Below are positions 1-8,562 of a DNA stretch of 34,022 nucleotides, piece by piece; position 1 is the stretch's first letter, and the number at the start of each line of letters is the position of its first letter. Source of the DNA: Candidatus Deferrimicrobiaceae bacterium (lineage in GTDB: Bacteria > Desulfobacterota > Deferrimicrobia > Deferrimicrobiales > Deferrimicrobiaceae); assembly GCA_036555205.1 (NCBI GenBank), contig DATBLU010000203.1:1-34022 (forward strand), in the 5' to 3' direction. A model generated the notes under the pieces. The model had not been told where the DNA came from and did not search any database. It saw only the letters and a program-made list of their open reading frames with translations. The position numbers were made by a program, and so were the translations under genes.

Positions 1-543
1 GTATTTCGGATTCTTTTCCTCGCAGACGTTGCACGGCGCGCCGACCGGCACGTAAAGATATCCGTCCGGCCCGAACCGTATGAACTTCCAGCCGTGATGG
101 GTATCGCGCGGGAAGGTGTCGTTGACGACGGCGGGCTTCGGAGGATCCTTCAGGCGGGCTTCGATGCCGTCGTACCGCAGCACCCGGCTCACCTCCGCCA
201 CGAAGAGCGCCCCGTCCCGGAACGCCACTCCGTTCGGCATGTTCAATCCCCTGGCGACGGTGATGACCTCGTCGGCGCGGCCTTTCCTGCCGCGGTCGAG
301 CACCGCGTAGACGTTTCCCGCGGTGCGCGTTCCGACGAACAGGACTCCTCCGGGAGAGAGCGCCATCGAACGGGCGCCCGGCACGCCGGCGGCGTATACG
401 TCGATTCGGAATCCCGGCGGCAGGCGGATATCGCCGAGCGGCAGGTCGGCCCCCCCGCTCGCAGCGGCGTACAGGAGAACCGTCAGCAGCAGCGCGGCGC
501 CCGTGCCCGCCCTGCGGAGCGCTTCCAAGACTTCGCGGGACAC
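1..543 (-). CDS. PQQ-dependent sugar (glucose/sorbosone) dehydrogenase family protein, N-terminal part; the gene runs off the window start
   Basis: Not in the ORF track because there is no stop in the window. The reverse frame from GTG at 543 stays open to position 1. It reads VSREVLEALRRAGTGAALLLTVLLYAAASG (signal-like), then NMPNGVAFRDGALFVAE and HHGWKFIRFGPDGYLYVPVGAPCNVC. These are typical of soluble PQQ sugar dehydrogenase propellers. GGGAG lies 6 nt upstream of the GTG. Confidence 0.65.
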   Translation of the reverse strand, partial: MSREVLEALRRAGTGAALLLTVLLYAAASGGADLPLGDIRLPPGFRIDVYAAGVPGARSMALSPGGVLFVGTRTAGNVYAVLDRGRKGRADEVITVARGLNMPNGVAFRDGALFVAEVSRVLRYDGIEARLKDPPKPAVVNDTFPRDTHHGWKFIRFGPDGYLYVPVGAPCNVCEEKNPKY

Positions 544-560
544 GGCCTGCTCCCGCCTCC

Positions 561-932
561 CTAGATGAGGGGCCTCGCCTCGACGACCCTGAAGCAGGCC
601 ACGTACTTGACGGCGGCCCCTGCCTGCGGATTCACGGCCCTGGAGGCGCGGGCGCGTATCTCTTCAAGCAATTTCCCGGAGGTCTCGACGTTCGTGAGCT
701 CAAGGGTCAGCCGGATCCCCTTTCCGTTTCCGTCCGGCGAGAAGTAGATGTAGGAGGCATGCGGATTCTCCTTCGCGAACCGGTAGGTCCGGCCCTCCGT
801 CATTCCCCACGCCACCGTTTCCTCGTCGACGACTCGAGGGACGGCGTACACCGCGGTGTTGACGGCCCCGCTCGCGCCGGACGTCGCCATGACGCCGGTG
901 CCCCCTTCCTTGAATTGCTCCTCAAGCTTCAT
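561..932 (-). CDS. Pyridoxamine 5'-phosphate oxidase-like FMN-binding split-barrel family protein
   Basis: 123-aa ORF with an ATG start and GGGGGAG upstream. Its size and pattern (GVMATSG...VYAVPRVVDEETVAWG...NPHASYIYF...GIRLTLEL) resemble small PNPOx-family proteins. Confidence 0.5.
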   Translation of the reverse strand: MKLEEQFKEGGTGVMATSGASGAVNTAVYAVPRVVDEETVAWGMTEGRTYRFAKENPHASYIYFSPDGNGKGIRLTLELTNVETSGKLLEEIRARASRAVNPQAGAAVKYVACFRVVEARPLI

Positions 933-965
933 GCGCTCCCCCCTTTTGTCGCGCTTCCCCCGCGC

Positions 966-1379
966 CTATCGCACGACCGGCAATCCCTCCTTGACCCACC
1001 CCGTGATGCCGCTCGACATGTGCAGGATTTTCCCGAACCGCATCTCCTCCATCATAGCCGCTGCTTTTTCGCTTCGATTCCCGGTCCGGCAATACAAAAG
1101 GTATGTCTTCCCGCGGTCAAGCCGCTCCGCCTCGTCCTTGAAGCGGCCTGAGGAAATGTCGATAAGCACGGATCCCTCGATGTGCCCTTCCCGGTATTCC
1201 GCCGGCGTACGGACGTCCAGAAGCACGAAATCCTTCCCCGGTCCGTGCTCACGGATCGCCGCGGCGGCCTCCTTCGGAGAAAGGTTTTGTATCGCGCCGG
1301 CCGCGTATCCCGCGCCGGGGAAGAATATCGCCCCCAGCATCGCGGCCAGCAGGACCGCGGCGCCTTTCCATGATTTCAT
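966..1379 (-). CDS. Secreted rhodanese-domain sulfurtransferase
   Basis: 137 aa. N-terminal signal-like MKSWKGAAVLLAAMLGAIFFPGAGYA. Rhodanese motifs LLDVRTPAEYREGHIEGS and the active-site loop CRTGNRS. AGGAGG RBS upstream. Confidence 0.85.
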   Translation of the reverse strand: MKSWKGAAVLLAAMLGAIFFPGAGYAAGAIQNLSPKEAAAAIREHGPGKDFVLLDVRTPAEYREGHIEGSVLIDISSGRFKDEAERLDRGKTYLLYCRTGNRSEKAAAMMEEMRFGKILHMSSGITGWVKEGLPVVR

Positions 1380-1435
1380 GCGACGCCTCCTGAAAAAAAC
1401 GGTCTTTCGGACAAGTTAGATGCAGGGCCGCCCGC

Positions 1436-1867
1436 CTAGATTTCCTCAAGAAGGGTAGAAAAGGTGTCGTGATGGCCTTCCTCGTCGGACAATATTTCCC
1501 GGAAAAGGTGATTCGTCACCTCATCCCCGTCCTTCCTCGAAACCTCGATGATCTTCTTGTAGAGGACGATCGCCCCCTCTTCGTCCTTCTTGTCCTGCTC
1601 CAGCATCTCCTTGAGGGTGTTCCCTACGAAAATCGGGGTGGGTTTCGTGGTCGGTATTCCACCCAGGTAATTCAGCCTCTCCGCGATGGCCTCCGCGTGC
1701 TTCATCTCTTCTATTGCGATCTTTTTGAACGCATCCTTCACCGCGTAGCCTTTAACCCCTTTCCACAGCACGTGCTGCCACATGTACTGAACCGCGACCT
1801 GGATCTCCCTGGCGATCGCCTGGTTGAGCAGCTCTATGAGCTCCTTGGGCGCTTTTCCTGCGGTCAT
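1436..1867 (-). CDS. bfr: Bacterioferritin-like ferritin-fold protein
   Basis: 143 aa. Di-iron/heme ligand pattern: [23 protein letters not shown] (E-M-x-H) and [19 protein letters not shown]. Confidence 0.7.
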   Translation of the reverse strand: MTAGKAPKELIELLNQAIAREIQVAVQYMWQHVLWKGVKGYAVKDAFKKIAIEEMKHAEAIAERLNYLGGIPTTKPTPIFVGNTLKEMLEQDKKDEEGAIVLYKKIIEVSRKDGDEVTNHLFREILSDEEGHHDTFSTLLEEI

Positions 1868-2002
1868 GTCCTATGCCTCCTGGCGTGGAATATTGATGAC
1901 GCTTCAAGTTACCATCATAATCCAACGGCCGCATCCACCTTGACAAGCATTGCCTCCGGAAGTAACACTTCATCGGAACTACGACACGCCTGGAGGAATG
2001 GA

Positions 2003-2923
2003 ATGGTTCGCAACGTGATCATACTGGGATCGGGGTGCGCCGGCTCCACGGCGGCGATATACACCGCCCGCGCCAACCTGAATCCGCTGGTGCTCGAGGG
2101 CCGTGAGCCCGGCGGCCAGCTCGGCCTCACGACCGAAGTGGAGAACTTTCCCGGCTTCGTGGACGGCATCCAGGGGCCGGAGCTTGTGGACATAATGAAG
2201 CGGCAGGCGCAGCGGTTCGGCGCCGAATACATTTCCGAGGCCGCCGCGGAAGTCGATCTCCAATCGCGCCCTTTCACGGTCAAAGCCGACGAAGGGACTT
2301 ATCGCGCCAGGACGCTGATAATCGCGACCGGCGCTTCGGCCAGGATGCTGGGCCTCGAGTCCGAGAGAAAGCTGCTGGGCAGGGGGGTGTCCACCTGCGC
2401 CACCTGCGACGGCGCCTTCTTCCGCAACAAGGAGGTGATGGTCGTGGGAGGCGGCGACACCGCCGTCGAGGAGGCGGTTTTCCTCACGCGGTTCGCCTCG
2501 AAGGTTTTCCTGGTCCATAGGCGCGACCAGTTCCGGGCATCCAAGATAATGGTCGACAGGGCGATGAAAAATCCTAAGATCGAATTCCTCTGGAATTCGG
2601 TGATCGCGGATATCCTGGACGCGGAGAAGAGCGAGGTTTCGGCGGTGCGCCTGAAGAACACCAGGGACGGGAAGGAGGAAACCCGAAGGATAGACGGCGT
2701 ATTCGTCGCGATCGGGCACGTGCCCAACACGAAGATCTTCGAAGGCAAGCTGGACCTGGAGAAGGGATACATCGTCCTGCACGGCGGTTCCCGGACCAGC
2801 GTCGAGGGGGTGTTCGCCGCGGGGGACGTCCATGATTTCGTCTATCGCCAGGCGGTGACGGCCGCAGGCTGCGGGTGCCGCGCCGCCATCGACGCGGAGC
2901 GCTTCCTGGAGGCCGGCGGGTAG
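2003..2923 (+). CDS. trxB: Thioredoxin-disulfide reductase
   Basis: Track ORF 1469-2923 is trimmed to the ATG at 2003, with GGAGGA 5 nt upstream. The protein starts [20 protein letters not shown] (FAD GxGxxG), carries the redox [16 protein letters not shown] (NADPH site) and GVFAAGDV. 306 aa. Confidence 0.92.
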   Translation: MVRNVIILGSGCAGSTAAIYTARANLNPLVLEGREPGGQLGLTTEVENFPGFVDGIQGPELVDIMKRQAQRFGAEYISEAAAEVDLQSRPFTVKADEGTYRARTLIIATGASARMLGLESERKLLGRGVSTCATCDGAFFRNKEVMVVGGGDTAVEEAVFLTRFASKVFLVHRRDQFRASKIMVDRAMKNPKIEFLWNSVIADILDAEKSEVSAVRLKNTRDGKEETRRIDGVFVAIGHVPNTKIFEGKLDLEKGYIVLHGGSRTSVEGVFAAGDVHDFVYRQAVTAAGCGCRAAIDAERFLEAGG

Positions 2924-2945
2924 GGATCTCCCCGGGCCTTATCCT

Positions 2946-3308
2946 TCAAGTCCCTTTTCCCCCCGAGTCGGTGTCCGCGGGAGGGATCTGCATGCGACGC
3001 GCGATCTCCGCCGTGTTGCGGGCGATGTCGGCGGTGTTATCCGAGATCCGGAAAACGACGATCGCCAGCTCGTAAACGATCCGGGAGGATATGACCAGTA
3101 TAAGGAAGGCCAGTGGGGCGACGAAAAACAGCGACAGCATCCCCTTGCCCGCCGACTCGGAGAACCCCTCGATGATCAGCACGATCGATATGAATCCCGC
3201 CGCGACTATGGAAAGGGCGTACAGGACCTTTATTACGCGCGGCGTGACGAGGGTCTTGAACGAAACATCGAAGAGCGGCTCGTAGATCCGCCTGCCTTTC
3301 TCCTCCAT
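2946..3308 (-). CDS. DUF4282-like small membrane protein
   Basis: Track ORF 2946-3362 starts at TTG inside the csp terminator hairpin, so it is trimmed to the ATG at 3308 (MEEKGRRIYEPLFDVSFKTLVTPRVIKVLYAL...). Two hydrophobic helices follow. The FD-SF...TP..IK.LY pattern recalls DUF4282. Confidence 0.5.
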   Translation of the reverse strand: MEEKGRRIYEPLFDVSFKTLVTPRVIKVLYALSIVAAGFISIVLIIEGFSESAGKGMLSLFFVAPLAFLILVISSRIVYELAIVVFRISDNTADIARNTAEIARRMQIPPADTDSGGKGT

Positions 3309-3318
3309 CCTGCCCCCT

Positions 3319-3353
3319 AAAAAAAAACCCCGGCGAGCGCTCGCCGGGGTTTT
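3319..3353 (-). terminator. Rho-independent terminator downstream of csp (palindromic, potentially bidirectional)
   Basis: Perfect GC-rich palindrome CCCCGGCGAGCGCTCGCCGGGG (3328-3349). It is flanked by A9 (3319-3327) and T4 (3350-3353). On the minus strand the hairpin is followed by T9. Confidence 0.85.
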
Positions 3354-3390
3354 CATTGTCAAGGGGTTAAACCCCTTGGGCGGTTCCCGC

Positions 3391-3594
3391 TTACTTCACC
3401 TTTGTTACGTTGGAAGCCTGCGGTCCCTTGGGGCCTTGGGTGATTTCGAACTCGACGCGGTCACCTTCGTTCAGCGACTTGAATCCTTCGGCCTTGATCG
3501 CGCTGAAGTGCACGAACACATCCGGGCCGCCTTCCTGGGAGATGAAGCCGAACCCCTTCGCGTCATTGAACCACTTCACTGTGCCTTGTGCCAC
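3391..3594 (-). CDS. cspA: Cold-shock protein, CspA family
   Basis: 67 aa: (M)[32 protein letters not shown]..., with RNP1 KGFGFI and RNP2 VFVHF. GTG start at 3594 with AAGGAGG 8 nt upstream. Confidence 0.95.
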   Translation of the reverse strand: MAQGTVKWFNDAKGFGFISQEGGPDVFVHFSAIKAEGFKSLNEGDRVEFEITQGPKGPQASNVTKVK

Positions 3595-3664
3595 TTGCCG
3601 TTCCTCCTTAAATTTTTACTGCTGCAAAACCTGAGCGCAAAGCTCAAATTTGACAACATTCGTA

Positions 3665-3693
3665 AATCTAACAGGTAATCCACCTTGCGTCAA
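3665..3693 (-). promoter_or_regulatory. Predicted sigma70-type promoter of csp
   Basis: Minus strand reads TTGACG (3693-3688), a 17-nt spacer, then TAGATT (3670-3665). This implies a leader of about 60 nt before the GTG at 3594. Confidence 0.45.
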
Positions 3694-3703
3694 GAAAAGA
3701 TCT

Positions 3704-4813
3704 TTACGGAAGCAGCTCCAGGAATCTGTCGAACAGGCGCGGCTCGAACTCCTTCCCCCTGCCCTCTTTCATTATGGAGATCGTCGTTTCCCTGTCCAGG
3801 CTTTTCCTGTAGGGACGATAGGTGCGAAGCGCGTCGTAGACGTCGGCGATCTGGGTCATGTACGAAGCGGGCTGCATGGCCCCTTCGAACCGGACGGCCG
3901 GATATCCCGACCGGTCGTATTTGACGTGGTGCTCGAAGGCGACGATCATCGGCAGGTCGGAGCCGCAATCCAGTTTCCTGAGTATTTTCGCGCCGGTTGT
4001 GGGGTGCTCAGCCATCCTTTCGAACTCGCCGGCATCCAGCCTGCCCGGCTTGTTGAGTATTTCCTGCGGGATCGTCTCCTTCCCGACGTCGTGCAGCAGG
4101 GCGGCCATGCCGAGCTCCTGTACCTGGGGCTCGGAAAAACCGAGGTGGATCGCCTGCGCCACGACGATTACGCAGACGTTCAGGGAATGCGTCACCGTGT
4201 AGTCGTCGTGCGCCTGCAGGCGCATCAGGCGGTCGACGAGCATCCCCTCCTGGCGAAGCCCCTTCATCACCGCCGCAACCAGGTCGCGCCCTTCGGAGAC
4301 GCGCCCTCCCGCCCCTTCCCCCGCGAGCGACGTCAGAAGGCTCTTCAATACTTCGGCGGCTCCCTGAAGGACGTGGGACCTCATCACAGGCGAAAGTCCT
4401 GAAGGGATATTCCCCCCTTCCGCGATCTCATGGATCCGGCCGCAGGTTATATGCTCCCATCGCATTTCCGCGGCCCCCTCCTTGCCCCCTCCAACGTAAT
4501 ATACGAACCGCTTCAATTCACCGAAAGTGATCCCCTCGCCGAACGAGACCTTCTCTATCCCCCTTTCCTGCATCCTGCGGATCAGTTTGATCAGGGTGGG
4601 GGAAAGTCCCAGGAAGGGGAACTCGTCAACGATGGCGTGATCGCCCATGAAGCCCATGTGCAGGGTCTTGAGCCTTTCCGTTTCATCCTTTATGCGCTGA
4701 TGGAGGCGCGTCAAAAGTTCCTGGACGCGCTGATGGGTATCCGGATAGACGGACACCGCCTGGACGGCCAGTGCAAGGTCGGATACCACGCCGAAGAGAT
4801 CCTGCTTCTTCAT
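3704..4813 (-). CDS. HD-GYP domain c-di-GMP phosphodiesterase-type protein (no receiver domain)
   Basis: Track ORF 3704-5143 is trimmed to the ATG at 4813 (MKKQDLFG...), with GGAGGG upstream. This ATG overlaps the upstream stop as ATGA. Motifs: HSLNV, HDVGK and HHVKYDRSGYP. 369 aa. Confidence 0.85.
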   Translation of the reverse strand: MKKQDLFGVVSDLALAVQAVSVYPDTHQRVQELLTRLHQRIKDETERLKTLHMGFMGDHAIVDEFPFLGLSPTLIKLIRRMQERGIEKVSFGEGITFGELKRFVYYVGGGKEGAAEMRWEHITCGRIHEIAEGGNIPSGLSPVMRSHVLQGAAEVLKSLLTSLAGEGAGGRVSEGRDLVAAVMKGLRQEGMLVDRLMRLQAHDDYTVTHSLNVCVIVVAQAIHLGFSEPQVQELGMAALLHDVGKETIPQEILNKPGRLDAGEFERMAEHPTTGAKILRKLDCGSDLPMIVAFEHHVKYDRSGYPAVRFEGAMQPASYMTQIADVYDALRTYRPYRKSLDRETTISIMKEGRGKEFEPRLFDRFLELLP

Positions 4814-6843
4814 CGACCCTCCGTGGATTTCAGCAGGGCCGCGCAATGTTCGCGAACCGCCGCCCTGCGCGACTCCTTTCCCCGATGCAGGAATCCGGTC
4901 GCCTCCGCGCCGCCTATGCGGAAAATGGCGGTCGCTGCGTCCAGCCTCAGGGAAACCTCCTTGGTTGACGCGAATATAGCCTCCGCGAGGAGGATCCTTC
5001 CCAGCGAGGGAACCGCCTCCGGGACCTTGAGCTTTCCGAGCGCAAGCACCGCCTCCCTCTTCACCCGGAGGTCCGTGTTGTCGAGCGTACGCACAAGTTC
5101 CTGCCCGGCTGCGCGGTCGCCGAGCTCGCCCAGCAGGAAGCACAGGTTGCGGACGAAATACCAGCGGGGATGGGAAAGCCTGTCCAGGATCGCCGGAACA
5201 GCCGTCCTCCCCATTCGGACTCCCAGGGAAAGCAGGAGCTTTCGCTTGCCCGCTTCCGGCTCCGTCAGGAGGCGGTCAAGCACGGCGGCTATCGCATCCT
5301 CGCCGAATGCGGCGAAAAAGGCGGGAATCCTTTCTTCGTCCTCCGGGGTCATCGCCCGGGAAAGGAACAGATCCACGATGTGGCCGAAATCCGTCCCCTG
5401 TATCGTCCTTCGCACCTCATCCCGCCCCGCCCCGGCGGCATTTTCGCTTATCGAGGACAGCGCGCCGAGCACGGTTTCGAGCAGGGCGAACTCCATCCGC
5501 GAGATGATGTTGGGGAGGTATTTCCGGATATCCTCGAGCAGCTGTAGGAACTCCGCATCGTTTTTCTCGCGGGCCAGAAGCTCCAGCAGCACGAGGACCG
5601 CCTTCCTGTGCCTGGCCTCCTCCCGGAAATGTTCGAGCAGCGTCGGATCCGGCTCCGCGGAAGGCACGGCGCCCGTCTGCATGCCCGCGCCGGCCGACAG
5701 CGCCTCCATGAAACGGGAATGGTCCTCCCCGGCATATGCCTTTTCCGACCTGGCCAGGAGGAGCTTCTCGACGGCCTCCCAGGTCTTGACGGCGTAGTAC
5801 TCCTTTGCCCGAAGGCTTTCCCGGGCGCGCTCCTTGAGCCGCGGAAGAAGGGAGCCGTGCACGTCGCGCTCGGCGGCGATGATTTCGAAAATCCTCCGAA
5901 GCCGTTTCCCCCCCTTGTCTTCGGCGGACAGGAGGCTGGCGGTAAGGTCGAGAAAATCGTCATCTGTGTAATCCGCCGACAGGGAGCGGGCGAATGAAAC
6001 CGGAAGGGAAAGTTCGGCGCCGCCCTGCTCCTCGTCTGCGGGACCATCCGGCCAGGCGGTTCCCTCATCCAGGAAATGAAGGACTTCCTGCCTCCGGTCC
6101 TCGGGAAGGGACCGCATCGTATCCCCCAGGCGGCGGAACATGCGGCGAAGGACCTCGGGTGACACGGCATCTTCATTCGCATGCGTACCGGGCGGGCCCG
6201 GGCCTTTCTGCGCGCAAGCCTGGGCGTGTCTGAGTATGGCGGGAATAAGCTCCGGCGACCCGGAAAGCTCTTCCACGACCTTTCTCTCGCCTCCCTCGTC
6301 CGCGATGTTCGCGGTCAGAAGCATCCGCCACAACGTATCCCCGCGGCCCGAAAGCTCGACGCTTTCTTCCGGGTTCACTATCCGCCGCGAGAGGACCTCT
6401 TTGTAGTTATAGGGATAAAGGAAGATTCCCGGCAGCCGCTCCCGCTGCAGAAAAGCCTCGGGGGATTCGTCCGACTTGCCCGACCTCGAATCGTGCAGGC
6501 TGCGGAAAAACGAGAGGAGCCCTTCGGCGGTGGCGTCCCCGCTGAAACCGAGCGTGGCTACCTGATTGATATAAAGATTCTCCGCGAAGGGGGAAATCAA
6601 TGCGTGTCCTTCGCCCAGGAAGGCATCCCGGTACAGGACACGGTCCCGCGCGATTCCGAACAGAAGCCGGTTTCCCGGCTCCTGCGCGATCCGCGCTACG
6701 AGCGCTGCGTGGATCTGCTTTATGCGCTCGGCAAGGAAAGGATGCCCGGCCTGGTAAAGGCCCGTCCAATGGCATACGCGGGCCAGGTCCAGGAGAAGCC
6801 GTTCAACCTCGGGGAATACGCTCTCGCGCTGCTCCACTGCCAT
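4810..6843 (-). CDS. HEAT-repeat protein with an N-terminal domain related to the N-terminus of the downstream HD-GYP protein
   Basis: Long ORF in which the ATG at 6843 has GGAGGG 9 nt upstream. The alternative GTG at 6885 has none. C-terminal HEAT-like repeats: AVPAILDRLSHPRWYFVRNLCFLLGELGD, DLRVKREAVLALGKLK, EAVPSLGRIL. Confidence 0.7.
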   Translation of the reverse strand: MAVEQRESVFPEVERLLLDLARVCHWTGLYQAGHPFLAERIKQIHAALVARIAQEPGNRLLFGIARDRVLYRDAFLGEGHALISPFAENLYINQVATLGFSGDATAEGLLSFFRSLHDSRSGKSDESPEAFLQRERLPGIFLYPYNYKEVLSRRIVNPEESVELSGRGDTLWRMLLTANIADEGGERKVVEELSGSPELIPAILRHAQACAQKGPGPPGTHANEDAVSPEVLRRMFRRLGDTMRSLPEDRRQEVLHFLDEGTAWPDGPADEEQGGAELSLPVSFARSLSADYTDDDFLDLTASLLSAEDKGGKRLRRIFEIIAAERDVHGSLLPRLKERARESLRAKEYYAVKTWEAVEKLLLARSEKAYAGEDHSRFMEALSAGAGMQTGAVPSAEPDPTLLEHFREEARHRKAVLVLLELLAREKNDAEFLQLLEDIRKYLPNIISRMEFALLETVLGALSSISENAAGAGRDEVRRTIQGTDFGHIVDLFLSRAMTPEDEERIPAFFAAFGEDAIAAVLDRLLTEPEAGKRKLLLSLGVRMGRTAVPAILDRLSHPRWYFVRNLCFLLGELGDRAAGQELVRTLDNTDLRVKREAVLALGKLKVPEAVPSLGRILLAEAIFASTKEVSLRLDAATAIFRIGGAEATGFLHRGKESRRAAVREHCAALLKSTEGR

Positions 6844-7299
6844 TCGGGGGAACCCTCCGAAAGCGGGTGATATCCCGACAGACACGTCTTCCGGAGACCT
6901 TTATCGCCATAACACTTCAAGATCTTTACCGGAAAATCGTGTCCGTCCCCCGCCCCTCCCCCATGCCTCCCCTATTGGATATCACACGACCGCCGCCGCG
7001 TCGACATAAGTCCGCATCCGCGAATCTCCTTGCCATGGGGGGCACCGGATGGTAAGGTGTTTAAAGCCAGAAAAAACACAAGACGCAATCCTCTCCCCAA
7101 CGGTCCTTTCGCGGAAGCGGACCGGATGCCCGATAAGGGCACGAGCGGCGCTTCCCCGGACGGCTTCCCCTTCGGAAGATCGGACAAGGCTTCAAAGCCT
7201 CCTCCACGGGTTGTGCTTGGTGAACATCCGGCACCGCGCCGTCTTTCCGCGTCATGCGGAAGGCCCCGCGAAAAACATCCTTCGAGGAGAAGAGAAAAA

Positions 7300-8541
7300 A
7301 TGTCATTCGAAACGTTCGGGCTCTGCCCCGAGATCCTTCGCGCCGTGAGCGCGAAAAACTACAAGATACCGACGCCCATACAGGAGAAGGCCATCCCTCA
7401 CGTGCTCGAGGGAAGGGACCTTCTGGGGTGCGCCCAGACGGGCACGGGAAAGACCGCGGCGTTCGCGCTCCCCATCCTTCAACGCCTTTTCGGCACGCGC
7501 GAAAAAGGCCGCGGGCGGCGCGCGATCCGCGTCCTGGTGCTGACCCCGACGCGCGAGCTGGCCGTACAGATCGCCGACAGCTTCGGCGCTTACGGCAAGC
7601 ACACGGGATTGCGGCACGCCGTGGTCTACGGCGGCGTAAGCCAGAAGCCCCAGGAGCAGGCGCTCCGGCAGGGCATAGACATCCTTGTGGCGACCCCCGG
7701 GCGGCTGCTGGACCTTTTCTCGCAGGGACTCGTGAATCTCCGCTCCGTCGAAACATTCGTGCTGGACGAGGCCGACCGGATGCTCGACATGGGCTTCCTC
7801 CCCGATATACGGCGGATCATAGACAAGCTACCGGAGAAGCGGCAGACCCTGTTCTTTTCCGCCACGATGCCGCCCGATATCCGGAGGCTTTCCGACACGA
7901 TCCTGCGCGATCCGGTCCGCGTGGCCGCGACGCCGGCGTCATCGCCGGCGGAACTGGTCGAGCACTCGGTCTATTTCGTCGAAAGGCAGGGCAAGGGGGA
8001 CCTTCTCCTGCATCTTCTGTCGGGAGATTCGATCAAGAACGCCCTCGTCTTCACGCGGACAAAGCGCGGAGCCGACCGGGTCGCCCGGCAGCTCTCACGC
8101 GCCCGCGTCCGGGCGGAGGCGATTCACGGCGACAAATCCCAAAGCTCCCGCGAGAGGGCCCTGGCCGACTTCAAGCGGGGCGCCACGAGGGTGCTGGTGG
8201 CCACCGACATCGCCGCCCGCGGCCTGGACATCGTCGACCTCTCCCACGTCGTCAATTTCGACCTGCCGGCCGAGCCTGAAGCCTACGTGCATCGTATCGG
8301 CCGAACCGGCCGGGCAGGCGCGTCCGGCATCGCCCTTTCCTTCTGCGGATTCGAGGAGCGACCCCTGCTCGCCTCGATCGAAAGGCTGATCCACAAGCAC
8401 CTGAGCGTGGTGGACGATCACCCGCAGCGCTCCGCCGTACGCCCGATGCCCAAGACGAACCTGGACCCGCGCGGGGTGCATAGCGCCCCCCGCCCCTACA
8501 TGATCCGCGCGGAGGAGCTGTTGAAGGAAGGCCGCGCGTAG
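7300..8541 (+). CDS. rhlE: DEAD-box ATP-dependent RNA helicase (RhlE-like)
   Basis: Track ORF 7030-8541 is trimmed to the ATG at 7300 (MSFETFGL...). Motifs: Q-motif TPIQ, AQTGTGKT, PTRELA, DEAD (VLDEADRMLDMGF), SAT, and HRIGRTGRAG. 413 aa. Confidence 0.92.
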   Translation: MSFETFGLCPEILRAVSAKNYKIPTPIQEKAIPHVLEGRDLLGCAQTGTGKTAAFALPILQRLFGTREKGRGRRAIRVLVLTPTRELAVQIADSFGAYGKHTGLRHAVVYGGVSQKPQEQALRQGIDILVATPGRLLDLFSQGLVNLRSVETFVLDEADRMLDMGFLPDIRRIIDKLPEKRQTLFFSATMPPDIRRLSDTILRDPVRVAATPASSPAELVEHSVYFVERQGKGDLLLHLLSGDSIKNALVFTRTKRGADRVARQLSRARVRAEAIHGDKSQSSRERALADFKRGATRVLVATDIAARGLDIVDLSHVVNFDLPAEPEAYVHRIGRTGRAGASGIALSFCGFEERPLLASIERLIHKHLSVVDDHPQRSAVRPMPKTNLDPRGVHSAPRPYMIRAEELLKEGRA

Positions 8542-8562
8542 AGACGGGACCGATGCGGGCCG

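Noticed and set aside
1868-2002. Fur/PerR-like dyad in the bfr-trxB spacer (aatattgatgacg...accatcataatc)
   Set aside because: It has only partial symmetry and a poor match to the 19-bp Fur box or the PerR box as I recall them. It is mentioned only as a possibility in the redox-cluster finding.
3704-4813. The HD-GYP protein as the RpfG-type output of the RpfC-like kinase
   Set aside because: It has no receiver domain to accept a phosphoryl group. It lies about 15 kb from the rpfF/rpfC-like pair and is coupled to a different partner gene. Functional linkage cannot be supported from this window.
4814-5143. 5' extensions of real genes in the track (also 1469-2002, 7030-7299, 9550-9870, 15198-16040, 25572-26348, 3309-3362)
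   Set aside because: The extensions overlap upstream genes or terminators and lack an RBS. Their composition is not protein-like. Homology starts at internal ATGs that have Shine-Dalgarno sequences or ATGA coupling.
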